Shown here: positions 24,927-35,450 of the stretch, one piece after another | Position numbering within the stretch: position 1 is the first letter of the stretch | How the letters are laid out: every line of letters begins with the position of its first letter | IMG/VR virus record: IMGVR_UViG_3300025875_000003 | Location: 32,001 to 96,000 of that record | Source: a virus | Strand: one strand, 5' to 3' | DNA: 64,000 bases | Made by a program: the position numbers and the translations under genes | Notes under the pieces: model-generated | What the model was told of the DNA's origin: nothing | What the model saw: only the letters and a program-made list of their open reading frames with translations | Databases searched by the model: none

Positions 24927-27298
24927 GCCTAGCAGAGCAGACAAATAATCTTGCTGCTCGCATCGGGCAGGAAATCAAGGCACTGAGATCGTCCAAGGAT
25001 ACTGTTCTTGGAATCACCCGAGTAAATCTCATTACTCATCCGATCATCACGACTACTCCCGATCAAACGGCGGGCTGGCGTGCGCAGATCCCGGACGCGC
25101 TTACTTTTGTAACTGACGAGGATGGGTTGCCCTCCCTTCAGGCTGCTGAATCTATCGTCAACAACGGTGTTTACCTCGACCCGAATCAAAGTTTTCCGGT
25201 TAAGGTAGGCGACCGTGTGCGGTTTACTGTCATGGTGCGCGCAAGCACGGAATCTCTTGCTTCTTCCATGAGACTGAGAATTGCGGGTTACGGTGGTGCA
25301 GTCGTTACAGGAGGCACTACTGCGCAGGCAGTGACTACCACAGGCTATACGAGATTGTTTGTCAGCGCTGTCGTTACCGAAGCCCCTGTAGGTGCCTACG
25401 TACGTACTCTTGTTTGGCCGTCGTCCACAGTTACCGCAGTAGGAGACTGGGTTCGTATTCGAAAGGCTCTCACTGAAGTGGGGACAGATGTCCCCACTGA
25501 CAACTCTTACTGGGATGTCACCTCACCTGAGACCACCGGATTGTTCTACTTCTGGAACGGTCTACCGGGCGCTTCCTCGTCTACGCGAATTGAACGCACG
25601 CTGGCTTATGATTCTCTAGATAAGTTTACCGGAAGTGGAGTCGCGGCTACTGCATTCGGCGTAACGGCAGACAACTCTACCATGGATGATGCCGCACTAA
25701 TGGTAGCGGCTAACTTGGCTGTTCGTCGCAACGTGCCTTTAATTCTACCCGCCAATCGATCTATTAGACTCAATAGCAGATTCAACTTTCCTGCGAATCT
25801 TCAGATCATCGCTAACAATGCCGAACTTGTCGGGGCATACCAGACCGGAGACTTTGTAGCGTCTATTCAATCGAATACAAGAATTATCGGCCGTCTGAGG
25901 ATTACACCAGCAAACCAGACTAATGTCAGGGGCTTTCTGCTTCTAGACGGATCAGACAGCGTTGCCATCGATGAAATTAGAGTGACCGCGCCGTCCGCAG
26001 GTACGGGTATTGGCGACCCCAACGACGTGGGCTTGTCTATTCGTACGTGCACTAACGTAAACATCGGCCGTGCGGTTGTTCGAAACTTCGATTATGCAAT
26101 GGATATTCGAGGCTCGGACAACGTTTATGCTGATGTTCGAATTAGAGGCTATGTACGTGGTCTCTACGTATCTGACTCTAAGAATGTAGATGTCTCTGGA
26201 ATGATGTACGAGGCATCTCCCAATGCTTCTATTACGGCTGGTCACAATGGAGTCTTGATCGATGCTACGGTTGATGACGGCACGATAAACGTCAACCTCC
26301 ACCGCTTGAAGGTTGCTGACGCGGGAGAACATGGTTTTCGAGTAGGAGGAACTAAGCGAGTTCGAGCGATCCGTTTCATTGCCTGCTCATCCATCAACGT
26401 CGGCGGGTGCGGATTCAAGGTTTTGGGAGGGACTACCGCTGCCCCCTACTATCATGAAGACATCTTTATCACTGATCCCTTTGTGGAGGATGCAGGGCAA
26501 ACACTGCAGAATGCGGCTGGCGTCATGGTGCAGTTCGCCCGACGTGTGCAGATCACTAACCCCGTCATTCGCAAGCGCCTGAAGACCTACTCCGCCGGGT
26601 TTGGCGTGGAATTGCAGGCATGCGAGGATGCCGTAACGGTGAATCCCACAATCAGAGACACCTTGGTTGCTGGATATGCTGTGCAAGGCACCCTGGGAGA
26701 CTCAACCAATGTTTCCCTGAACGGTGGGCACATTACTTCAGCCACCGGCCATGGTGTGGTTCTAGATTACACGGGAAGAACTTTCCGCCGTGTATCGGTA
26801 GAGGGGCACCCTCAGATCGAAATCAGCGGCTCTGGAACCAGCGTATCGATCCAGAACACCAGTGGACAGGGGTCTGTAATTGGTGGTTCCTGGATCACGT
26901 GGCAATCAGTAAGCGCTGCTGATCGACAGGTCAGCGGACTGCTTGCGGGCTGGTTCTGTGATGTCCGTGCGCCGTTCACAGGCACGCCCAACTTCAAGGC
27001 TGGTTCTACATGGCGAGATAACACCACTGGAGAACTTCGTGTCCGGCAGGGTGCAGAAGGTGTCTGGGTCTTGGATGTGCCCGGCGCTGGGGGCGGCAGC
27101 GCTCCAACTTACGACAACATTCCTGCGGGTTCGACCATTACGGTACACAAGAATTCAGACGGCACGTGGCCTGCTAGACCAACTTCGCGGACCGACGTAA
27201 CAGTATTCTGGGCAGGCCCTGCACCCAGTCCGGTGGTTGTCGCATCTGGCACTGGAGGAATGCTAGATAACGTCGATAAGCGTTTGGTGACTCCGTGA
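24923..27298 (+). CDS. fibre/spike with pectate-lyase-like beta-helix (putative depolymerase)
   Basis: repetitive V/I-x-I-x-x-N/G beta-helix pattern; GEHGF and GGCGF turns; N-terminus paralogous to the 24120 gene. Confidence 0.75.
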   Translation: MSLAEQTNNLAARIGQEIKALRSSKDTVLGITRVNLITHPIITTTPDQTAGWRAQIPDALTFVTDEDGLPSLQAAESIVNNGVYLDPNQSFPVKVGDRVRFTVMVRASTESLASSMRLRIAGYGGAVVTGGTTAQAVTTTGYTRLFVSAVVTEAPVGAYVRTLVWPSSTVTAVGDWVRIRKALTEVGTDVPTDNSYWDVTSPETTGLFYFWNGLPGASSSTRIERTLAYDSLDKFTGSGVAATAFGVTADNSTMDDAALMVAANLAVRRNVPLILPANRSIRLNSRFNFPANLQIIANNAELVGAYQTGDFVASIQSNTRIIGRLRITPANQTNVRGFLLLDGSDSVAIDEIRVTAPSAGTGIGDPNDVGLSIRTCTNVNIGRAVVRNFDYAMDIRGSDNVYADVRIRGYVRGLYVSDSKNVDVSGMMYEASPNASITAGHNGVLIDATVDDGTINVNLHRLKVADAGEHGFRVGGTKRVRAIRFIACSSINVGGCGFKVLGGTTAAPYYHEDIFITDPFVEDAGQTLQNAAGVMVQFARRVQITNPVIRKRLKTYSAGFGVELQACEDAVTVNPTIRDTLVAGYAVQGTLGDSTNVSLNGGHITSATGHGVVLDYTGRTFRRVSVEGHPQIEISGSGTSVSIQNTSGQGSVIGGSWITWQSVSAADRQVSGLLAGWFCDVRAPFTGTPNFKAGSTWRDNTTGELRVRQGAEGVWVLDVPGAGGGSAPTYDNIPAGSTITVHKNSDGTWPARPTSRTDVTVFWAGPAPSPVVVASGTGGMLDNVDKRLVTP

Positions 27299-28329
27299 CT
27301 ATCGAAGTCTTTCACGCCATAAATGGCGAACTAAGCAGATATGTAGGTACACCTTCTTCTGAGCCCACGAGCCCAAATCCAACCCCTGCCGCGTTTACTC
27401 TACGCTATACAGAACCTGACTTCAGCAACTCAGGGGTAGGGTTCGACACAGATGCTTTTGGTTTCTTGGTACCTGCTCCTACTGAGGTTCTGGCTGCACC
27501 GTCTAACGGAATCTTGAATGTCGTATCTGGTCAAACTGTACGCGATAAAATCATCAACTGCTACGTTGATATAGAAATCGGCGCATTTTTGATCAACTGC
27601 GAGGTGAGGGGACCTGCCAACCCGACAGTTGCGCGTCCTTTGGTTCGTGTGACAGGCGCAGCCCCCACGGCTGGAGGCCCCCGCGCCAATATTCGATTCT
27701 GCACGGTGAAGCCGCAGACACCATCGGCCTACAACGACGGTATTGGCTACAAGGGCTACCACGCTTTCCGCTGTCTAGTGCAAGACTGTACAGATTCTTT
27801 TGCTGCGTTCTCGACATCAGCAGATGGAATTTGCAATATCCTCATTCAGGGGTGTTTCTCCCCCAACATGGTGCAGTGGCGTCCTGACTATGCTTATCCA
27901 GGGGGTAGACCACATACACACAACGACACTATTCAACTTCAGGGCAACAAGGGCGGTCCAGGCGATATCCTCGTAGAGGGTTCTTCTTTCAACGCCAGAT
28001 TCGTCACCTACGCCGGTACACAGCCCCTAGAAACCCCACCGGTGCAGGTTGCGGCTATTATGATTACACCAAATACTGGAAGCCCTGAACACGGAGCAAG
28101 CGCAACTTTCATATACAATTGGCTCAGAGGCGGCCAACACTGTGTAAATCATGGTGCGACTAACGAACCAGGAAGCATGGTTATTTTCCGGTACAATAGA
28201 TTTGAACGACCAGGCACAGATCCCCGTGCGCCCATTGTGGCTCTTAATCTCTCGGGGGCTGTGGGGTACGAATCTATTGGAAATACGTATATTGACAATG
28301 GCGCAACAGTTTCTGAGTGGGGTGTGTAA
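27295..28329 (+). CDS. beta-helix-like structural or glycan-modifying protein
   Basis: HNDTIQ, NIRFCTV, FIYNWL, FRYNRF beta-helix-like motifs. Confidence 0.6.
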   Translation: MTIEVFHAINGELSRYVGTPSSEPTSPNPTPAAFTLRYTEPDFSNSGVGFDTDAFGFLVPAPTEVLAAPSNGILNVVSGQTVRDKIINCYVDIEIGAFLINCEVRGPANPTVARPLVRVTGAAPTAGGPRANIRFCTVKPQTPSAYNDGIGYKGYHAFRCLVQDCTDSFAAFSTSADGICNILIQGCFSPNMVQWRPDYAYPGGRPHTHNDTIQLQGNKGGPGDILVEGSSFNARFVTYAGTQPLETPPVQVAAIMITPNTGSPEHGASATFIYNWLRGGQHCVNHGATNEPGSMVIFRYNRFERPGTDPRAPIVALNLSGAVGYESIGNTYIDNGATVSEWGV

Positions 28330-28331
28330 CT

Positions 28332-31300
28332 ATGACTGAGGTCATCAATAGGTTTGCGGGCGCCCCGGGTACTAACATTACGGCGGCGAATTCAGACGAT
28401 GCTGCTGAAGCAGGTAACGCACTGAGTGTGGTCAACCCTTCAGGTACTGCTGCCATCACTTACTCGGATGCCGTGATTAATCCGCTCACGGGCGGAACTG
28501 TCATGAAGATCTCAGCCGATGCTGCGGGAAGCACCCTTGGCGAGGTGCGATTTACGCGCCCAAGCAACACCAAGGGAGCAAGTCAATACTGTTTGAGACT
28601 GACAGGATTTCCTGATGCACTGTCGGTATTTTCGCAAACACGTGGCACTATGCAAAACGCTGACCTTCGTCTTGGGACGGACGGCAGTGCGTCTGGCGTT
28701 ACGGCAGGTGCTACGGGAGCGGGAGGCCCCTCTGGTGCCCTCACTGCAGGCAAGTGGTGGCTCTTCGATGAGTGGATAGAAGAAGGCACTACTACGTCAA
28801 ACGGTAAGAGATCTTGGCGTGTTCGAGAAGTTATCGAAAACAACGGTTCTTTCTCTATCGGGAATGTGCTCTATGAATACACCTCTTCTGCTAGAAATAC
28901 GGGTGTGGTTGGCACTCACGTAATCACAGACTTTCGTATTGGTGACTTCACCACCACGGGAAGTGTCCTACCCACTACGTATTGGGCCTTTTTCCGCGCT
29001 GATGATGGTGCATCTGGTTACCTGTCTGACCCCACATTGTTCACCAGCACGGCCAACACCGCTCCCGTAGCCAATGCTGGCGTAGATCAGTTGAACCTAA
29101 ATCCGTGGGCTAAGAATCCTGTTGTTCTGACGGGTTCTTACACAGATGCAGAAGGCGGCACAGTAAACCATAACTGGACTCAACTAACTGGACCCGCAGT
29201 TACTCTCTCCGGTGTGGGATCAACAGTCACCTTCTCTAGACCCATGATGCTTGATGGTTCGTCCATGACTTTTCAGTACGCGGTCACTGATTCCAACGGA
29301 GCAACAGGCACAGATACGGTCACAGTCTCTGTACAGGCTATTGCAGAGCGTGCTGTGGTCAACGGCATTGAAGTTCCCATGAAACTCATGGATGTCAAGA
29401 AGACACTTCTGGTGCCTGGGTCTGAAATTTTTGCTGACGACTTCAACCGAGCCGACACGGCTGCCGGGATCTTGGGTACTACGTCCACGGGTGGACTTCC
29501 CTGGAGTGGTACAGGTGAGTTGAGTATTAGAAACAATACGGCGAGCGCCGCACTCGCTACCGCAGCGAAGCCTAACTTTATCGATATCGGGCTGTCGGTA
29601 GACTATCGGGTTGAAACGACCCTCGCTACTGTAGGTGCCTCGGTAGCAGAAATGTGGGGCGGCATTGCTGTACACATTTCTGGTGACGACATGATTTGTC
29701 TAGTTACTCGGAGATCTTCGTCCTCGGGCGGGTTGCGCTTTTGGAAGAGAGAGGGCGGCAACGAAAGTGCACTTACGGCAGGTACTGATACAGCACCAGT
29801 TGCTGGTGACAAGATTGCTGTTGAAGTCTTTCGAGATGTAGTTTTTGAAACTGGAGAAGAGATTGAAACAATTGTCGGCTACCACAAGCCCGTAGGGAGC
29901 GACACGTGGCTAGAAGTGGGTCGAGTCATAAATGAGCAGTTCAATCAAAACTCTACCCTCGTAGGGCTTCTTGGTTCCAGTTCTGGTACTGGAATGTCCT
30001 ACGACAACTTCATTGGTCACGAACTGGTAGTCCTGGAGCCTCCTGAGCCAGTTATTGAAGTGCAACAACTTGCAAGCATGGTGCTCGATTCACTTGCTGA
30101 GTCGGCCCCCGTGAGTTCTGTGCCTTTTGGTGTGTCTAGTCTCACACTAAACCAATCGACAGTAACTAGGCAGCCACTTTTCGAAACAATCGAAGGGCGC
30201 AGAGGCCTAACTTTTTCGGGTGGTCAGTGGTTGATCGCTGGAAACAACTCTTTCATGTCCAACCGCATTGGACTAACAGCCTATATCGTAACGAATGTGG
30301 CCGTGGATAATACGGGTACGAGACAACTTCTATCGCTGTCTAACGCAGACTCTCCCGGTAATATCTGGCTGGGCATTCGTTTGATTGACGGCCTTGTATC
30401 TGTAACGGGTCGTCGTGCAAATAACGATAGTCTCCAGACTGTCTCTGGCACAATTGATGTACGCGGCGGCTACCATCACATTGTTGTTGTAATGGATTAT
30501 GCTGCGGGCCGCTGCCGCAGTTTCGTTGACGGCACAGCAGATCTAGATGTCGCTTTTCAGACACCTGGAGTCACTTCTACGGCCACGAGTCGCGCTGTGG
30601 CTATTGGTGCACACAGTTCAGATAGCGGTGGTGGTGCGTTCACAGGACGCATTCTGGCCTGTGACCTCTACAACGGAGCGCACACAAACATTCAGCGTAA
30701 CTACGTAGTTGAGCAACTGATGTCTACGGCCCCGCCGCCCCCAGTAGAACCCGAACCTGATCCCGAGCCTGATCCAGAGCCTGATCCCGAGCCTGATCCA
30801 GAGCCTGATCCCGAGCCTGATCCGGGAACTACTCCCATTTTCACTATCCCGGTGGGTCTGTCAAACGGGCAAGAAGACATTGACACCTACGTACGCTATG
30901 CTCGGGAACACTTCTATCCGGACGGTACTGGCGAGTATTCGCACTTGCCGCCATGGTGGGAATGGAAGACGGGCTGGTGGCTGCCTTCTGGTGCAGGTAC
31001 ACCTGCTTACATCCCCTCTGGGGACCTAATCATTAGAGGTTCGCGTGCTCGCGGTGACACGTCTGCCGTAGATTCCTATACTAGCGGTACTCGTTGCATT
31101 AGACTCCGTTGTCCCATTCCTTTCAAGAATGCGGAGTCTGGACGTTGGAATGAACTTGACCTGTGGCGTGGTGCCATTCTCCAGGGAATGCAGATGGAAA
31201 ATGACTCACTTCTAGGAGACCGCACACAGTATGTCTCTTATAGGTCTCTGGCAGACCTACAAGCAGGAACTGCTGCAAATAACTACCAAGACGGACGAAA

Positions 31301-32057
31301 CCCAATTTCTTGGCCGCATCGCGTGGGTAAGATGTACTACTGGCCGTGGGGTCAAGGTCTTACGGGCGACCAAGACACCATTGACTACCGGGGAACTTCT
31401 ATTACTAGTATTCCTCGCACTGGTCGATTGCATGAGCGATCTATGCTTATTCGTACTACTACTAGCACTACGGGTAAGACCTTCTATGCCGCCGAAGGTA
31501 TGTACTTGAAGGGCGACAACATTGTCGAAGGTCTTAATGTCACAGGATATGAGAACAGCCGTCTAGTCGTCGTTGGATATCGACACGACCGCGCTTCAGT
31601 GTTCTTTCGTCCGACTGAATCAAATATCAACAACTGGGGAAATAAGTGGCCCGGAGGTGATTCAATTCATCTCTTCAACTACTTGAAGGACATTATCCTA
31701 ATCGGCGGATCGTCCGGTACACACTATCAAGGCATCTTCAAGCAGCACGGTGGAGAGTTCTTCTTCGCCCACAACTGGAACATCTTCGATCCTAAGAGTA
31801 CCGATCCAAACAATCCGGATGATCTATCTTACAACGGTGGATCAACCGGACAACAAATTACGATTGGGTCTCGTACCAATTATTACAGCAAGGGCGTTTA
31901 TCTGAAGAACGTAAACACTCGACGCCACGGAGGAGCATCTGTTAACGATCATGGATCATATCCTGAAATCACTGGTCTCGATCTAGGATTCGATTACGTA
32001 CCCTCGACAGCCAAGATCGGTACGACATACGCGCTTAACCCCACTCCCATCAACTGA
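28332..32057 (+). CDS. large multidomain adhesin/fibre (PKD/Ig-like, LamG-like, PEPD linker, unknown C-terminal domain)
   Basis: NTAPVANAGVDQ, DDFNRAD, HHIVVVMD..FVDG, (PEPD)6. Confidence 0.75.
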   Translation: MTEVINRFAGAPGTNITAANSDDAAEAGNALSVVNPSGTAAITYSDAVINPLTGGTVMKISADAAGSTLGEVRFTRPSNTKGASQYCLRLTGFPDALSVFSQTRGTMQNADLRLGTDGSASGVTAGATGAGGPSGALTAGKWWLFDEWIEEGTTTSNGKRSWRVREVIENNGSFSIGNVLYEYTSSARNTGVVGTHVITDFRIGDFTTTGSVLPTTYWAFFRADDGASGYLSDPTLFTSTANTAPVANAGVDQLNLNPWAKNPVVLTGSYTDAEGGTVNHNWTQLTGPAVTLSGVGSTVTFSRPMMLDGSSMTFQYAVTDSNGATGTDTVTVSVQAIAERAVVNGIEVPMKLMDVKKTLLVPGSEIFADDFNRADTAAGILGTTSTGGLPWSGTGELSIRNNTASAALATAAKPNFIDIGLSVDYRVETTLATVGASVAEMWGGIAVHISGDDMICLVTRRSSSSGGLRFWKREGGNESALTAGTDTAPVAGDKIAVEVFRDVVFETGEEIETIVGYHKPVGSDTWLEVGRVINEQFNQNSTLVGLLGSSSGTGMSYDNFIGHELVVLEPPEPVIEVQQLASMVLDSLAESAPVSSVPFGVSSLTLNQSTVTRQPLFETIEGRRGLTFSGGQWLIAGNNSFMSNRIGLTAYIVTNVAVDNTGTRQLLSLSNADSPGNIWLGIRLIDGLVSVTGRRANNDSLQTVSGTIDVRGGYHHIVVVMDYAAGRCRSFVDGTADLDVAFQTPGVTSTATSRAVAIGAHSSDSGGGAFTGRILACDLYNGAHTNIQRNYVVEQLMSTAPPPPVEPEPDPEPDPEPDPEPDPEPDPEPDPGTTPIFTIPVGLSNGQEDIDTYVRYAREHFYPDGTGEYSHLPPWWEWKTGWWLPSGAGTPAYIPSGDLIIRGSRARGDTSAVDSYTSGTRCIRLRCPIPFKNAESGRWNELDLWRGAILQGMQMENDSLLGDRTQYVSYRSLADLQAGTAANNYQDGRNPISWPHRVGKMYYWPWGQGLTGDQDTIDYRGTSITSIPRTGRLHERSMLIRTTTSTTGKTFYAAEGMYLKGDNIVEGLNVTGYENSRLVVVGYRHDRASVFFRPTESNINNWGNKWPGGDSIHLFNYLKDIILIGGSSGTHYQGIFKQHGGEFFFAHNWNIFDPKSTDPNNPDDLSYNGGSTGQQITIGSRTNYYSKGVYLKNVNTRRHGGASVNDHGSYPEITGLDLGFDYVPSTAKIGTTYALNPTPIN
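30750..30821 (+). repeat. 12-bp tandem repeat x6 encoding (PEPD)6
   Basis: CC(C/A)GA(A/G)CCTGAT units. Confidence 0.95.
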
Positions 32058-32062
32058 GAGAA

Positions 32063-33307
32063 TCAGGTGAGGTAGCCAGTCCTCACCTGATTCACCAGTC
32101 CGGTGAACCCGGTGACCTTGTTCTCCACGAACAGGCCTCTCTTGTCCGTCTTGGTGTCGTCTCCGATCCGTAGCACAATATCGTCATCAGAGACGACACC
32201 AAGTAGATCCATCAAATTCTTGTGATTGGTGGTAAGAGCCTTATTGCCCTTAGGGCCGGACCAAGCCACGGGCAATGTCTCCCTGGCGGAATTACCTATG
32301 CGGTCTCGGGCACTCACTGTCAGATTCCACGACGTACCGTCAGAGGTTGTCTTACCAGGCATCAAAGTCAAGAACAGAGTCTGATATTCGGGATCAGCAT
32401 TGATCCGAATTCTCTTGACAGACTCCAAGAGATCTTGGCGATTAACCGCGAGAGTGTGCTGGTTGGTCAGAGAGGGACCAAGAATGTAATTGGTGATGTC
32501 CGGAAATGGTGTAGTTGTTCTCTGAGCAATCAACTCATCCTCATCCACCTTGAAGTACAGGTGAGAAGAATTGCCGCCCAGGGTTACGGTTTCCGTCACC
32601 GAGAGTCGCAGCAGTCGGATCACTTCATCGGCTACCCGCAGCGGGATCGTCAGATCCAGGTCGTAAGGCAAATTCTCTACAGTCTGACGGTGCATGCGTT
32701 GTCCGTCCATGGCAGCGACAGCCCCATGGCGCAAAAGCAACTGACTCAGGGCAGCCCGTCCAGCAGAGACTGGAGCAGCCTTTCTAGCGATGCTCAGAGC
32801 CGCCAGGAGCGGCGTAACTAGCAGGGTGTGGGTCTTGATACCACTTACGTCTGCACAGGGCGGCAGAGAGTCACCTACGGGTGTTGCTACGGACCACTGT
32901 GCACGACCAGAGCGCACAGTCGCTGTGTTTCCCAAGACCTCTAGGGCAGCAGTTCCGGTGGGAGCCAATTTTAGGATGCCCACGATCTTCTTGGGCGGGA
33001 CCAGAGCAGCGCCTGGCATCTGAACCGTAATGCCATCAGCCACAGCAGAGACAGTCAGGTCTCCGTCTGTAGCGGTCACTTTGATGTACGCGGCAGACGA
33101 AGTGCTCGCTGCAAAGGCTTCGATCAGTGCATGCCCCGTACCGGCGATGATTTCCTTGTCCGGCGTTACGGAAGCGGCCCGCTCGAAAAGGCTCAGAATA
33201 GATGCTACGGGACCACGCAAGGCTAGGCGCGCATCTACAAGCAAAATCTCTGGAACGAGTTCTTCATCCTCGTTGGTTGACTCAGCCAAGTCAAGAATTG
33301 TGGTCAA
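32063..33307 (-). CDS. dnaN: DNA polymerase III beta sliding clamp-like protein
   Basis: three-domain size; AAMDGQRM, FPDI and VNRQDLLESVKRI segments. Confidence 0.8.
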   Translation of the reverse strand: MTTILDLAESTNEDEELVPEILLVDARLALRGPVASILSLFERAASVTPDKEIIAGTGHALIEAFAASTSSAAYIKVTATDGDLTVSAVADGITVQMPGAALVPPKKIVGILKLAPTGTAALEVLGNTATVRSGRAQWSVATPVGDSLPPCADVSGIKTHTLLVTPLLAALSIARKAAPVSAGRAALSQLLLRHGAVAAMDGQRMHRQTVENLPYDLDLTIPLRVADEVIRLLRLSVTETVTLGGNSSHLYFKVDEDELIAQRTTTPFPDITNYILGPSLTNQHTLAVNRQDLLESVKRIRINADPEYQTLFLTLMPGKTTSDGTSWNLTVSARDRIGNSARETLPVAWSGPKGNKALTTNHKNLMDLLGVVSDDDIVLRIGDDTKTDKRGLFVENKVTGFTGLVNQVRTGYLT

Positions 33308-33546
33308 GACGACTCCTCCAGTGCGGTCTCGACAGCCGCAAGTTCCTGAGCCAGTTCTTCTTCGAGTTCCTTCAACTTGGCGGCAGCCTCTTCAGGCGTG
33401 CTCACGCCAAATTCCTTCAGGGCGCTAAGTGCCGCATCACGCTCACGTACTGCGTTATCATGTTCTACCTCTGCGCGGGCGCGTGCAGAGGTAGCAGCAG
33501 TGATTCGAGTTCGCAGAGATGTCAGGGTTTCTTCAGTGGAGGTCAT
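33304..33546 (-). CDS. short coiled-coil protein
   Basis: heptad A/E/L-rich helix. Confidence 0.7.
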   Translation of the reverse strand: MTSTEETLTSLRTRITAATSARARAEVEHDNAVRERDAALSALKEFGVSTPEEAAAKLKELEEELAQELAAVETALEESS

Positions 33547-34424
33547 AGTAGTGGTACGCCTGTCTCTCCTCCGAAGGAAACCCTTCTGCGGCCCTTAGAA
33601 TCGAGCACGGGCTGGAACTTAGAACAAGCGTGCTTAACCTCGCAAAAGTGACATTCCTTGAAATCTCTGCGAGGAGGATGTTCATCATTCCAGATATCGC
33701 GCGCCATGCCAGAAACTCGCTGCATCATCTCAGCGCTCTTCTGCTCAGTGATGATGAAGGGCTTGACCTGCTGTTGACACAGAGGCTGAAGAAGACCGGT
33801 ACGAACAGTGCCCTCGCCAAAAAGCAGCCGAACCGCAAGATCATAGAAAGTTAACTGACCTTCCGTCTTTCGCCAGTAATCATTGTCTCGGGTATGCTTT
33901 ACGTCCCACACCCACCAACGTTCCTTGTCATCTCGCACAAGAATGTCCATGAAGCCTCTAAGAATGACCGTCTCGGTCCCTCCTGCGGGATGAGGAACTT
34001 CGACGGGAGCCTTGAAAGAGAAATCGGGCTGATACTCATAGGGAATGACGTACTTCCAAAGAGCAGGCTCAATCTTCGTAACAGCCTCAATGCAGTCGCG
34101 AATTACCTGTTCGCGGTCGCCCGGATTCTTCCACGCAATGGAACCACCCTCTTCCTGAATGGTGGCCCACTCTCGATCTATGACAGATTCCACCATCTGT
34201 GCCATCACGCCGCGCCGAGGATCTCCCGAATCTAATAGGTCACGGACCACTCTGTCCGTGACAGTCCCAGGGAAGAAGCCACGAGAATCCTGAATGGCAG
34301 CCTTGCGGCCCTCTCTAACGTGAAAACTTCTTTCCTTGCAGGTGTCGTGGGTCCGCAACGCTGACCAACTCAGATACAACGTCACATTACCGCACTCTCT
34401 GCAAGGCTTGGAAATAAGGGACAT
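33543..34424 (-). CDS. Cas4/RecB-like PD-(D/E)XK exonuclease
   Basis: GFMDILV...WDVKHT, QLTFY, CHFC...C. Confidence 0.88.
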   Translation of the reverse strand: MSLISKPCRECGNVTLYLSWSALRTHDTCKERSFHVREGRKAAIQDSRGFFPGTVTDRVVRDLLDSGDPRRGVMAQMVESVIDREWATIQEEGGSIAWKNPGDREQVIRDCIEAVTKIEPALWKYVIPYEYQPDFSFKAPVEVPHPAGGTETVILRGFMDILVRDDKERWWVWDVKHTRDNDYWRKTEGQLTFYDLAVRLLFGEGTVRTGLLQPLCQQQVKPFIITEQKSAEMMQRVSGMARDIWNDEHPPRRDFKECHFCEVKHACSKFQPVLDSKGRRRVSFGGETGVPLL

Positions 34425-34440
34425 CAGACCATTCTACAGG

Positions 34441-34803
34441 TCAGAGGATCTCGTACTGAGAAGCCAGTTCATGAATCTGTGCTTGCACAGACAGCGGAAG
34501 CGCGTAATTCTTCTGCACGAACTGCATCTGCCCGTCCTTGATCACGTCGTCGTGGACAGCGATGACAACAGCAGCCAGGTCTTCCTCTTCCTTAGCCGGA
34601 ACAGCGGCCACAGGCTCGACGTAGTACTCCACTCCCGTATCGAAACTCGTGAACACGCTGAAGTTACCAAGAGTGCCAGTAGGGATCAGGCTGGAGTCGT
34701 CTGCCGCAAACACTGCGGCTTCATGCGCGTTCACTGCGGTAACGTAGGCGTCATCTCGACCATTAGTCACTACGCACCACTCGGGCAGATTCGGGTCAGT
34801 CAT
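34441..34803 (-). CDS. hypothetical protein
   Basis: GGAGGACACC-ATG on the minus strand. Confidence 0.7.
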   Translation of the reverse strand: MTDPNLPEWCVVTNGRDDAYVTAVNAHEAAVFAADDSSLIPTGTLGNFSVFTSFDTGVEYYVEPVAAVPAKEEEDLAAVVIAVHDDVIKDGQMQFVQKNYALPLSVQAQIHELASQYEIL

Positions 34804-35414
34804 GGTGTCCTCCAATACTCGCTGTACGGATTGTCGAAGTCGAGCATAGCGTCGAGGGGTGACATTTGCAATCCTGCCAGTTCGTAGATTCCCCACGGGA
34901 TGTGAGGCTCTACCGGCTTAGCCTGCCTCAGCATCTCAGTGAGACGGCCGATGGCCGAGGCTTTTATCATCCGGCGCAGACGCGAGACAGTCGATGGGGA
35001 GCAGCCGATGGCTTCAGCAGCCTTCTTGATACTCAGGTGAGCATGCTTGGCCAGGTCAGCGACGTGGAAGCGACGAGACTTCAAACCTCGCGTACGCTGG
35101 ATCTGTGAGAACTCAGCCGGATCATAGTTGTTGAGCACGAACTGGACTACACTCTCGATGATGTTGGTCGCCTGAGACTCCGTAACACGAGAGCCAAGAC
35201 CCTTGTTAATGCCGCCACCAGTGAAGTGGTCGTAGTCACTGACCACATAGCGTGCTACCTTGTTCCAGCAATACTCCTCCAGCACATCGTGCGTCAGAGG
35301 CAACCCAGAACGCAGAGCACGGTAGGACCACTTGATGAGCCATACGTTGACTTGCTGGGCAAAGGTACGCTTAGCGTACGGAACTGCCTTGGGAGTGGGG
35401 ATACTTCGAGCCAT
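34800..35414 (-). CDS. ColE2/pAL5000-type Rep C-terminal fragment (PriCT-like plus HTH), no primase domain
   Basis: WLIKWSYRALR, ESQATNIIESV, FSQIQRTRGLKS, then an HTH GCSPSTVSRLRR. Confidence 0.6.
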   Translation of the reverse strand: MARSIPTPKAVPYAKRTFAQQVNVWLIKWSYRALRSGLPLTHDVLEEYCWNKVARYVVSDYDHFTGGGINKGLGSRVTESQATNIIESVVQFVLNNYDPAEFSQIQRTRGLKSRRFHVADLAKHAHLSIKKAAEAIGCSPSTVSRLRRMIKASAIGRLTEMLRQAKPVEPHIPWGIYELAGLQMSPLDAMLDFDNPYSEYWRTP

Positions 35415-35450
35415 GCTAGTGATACGCCGATGTGCTTTGAGAGAGAAAGT

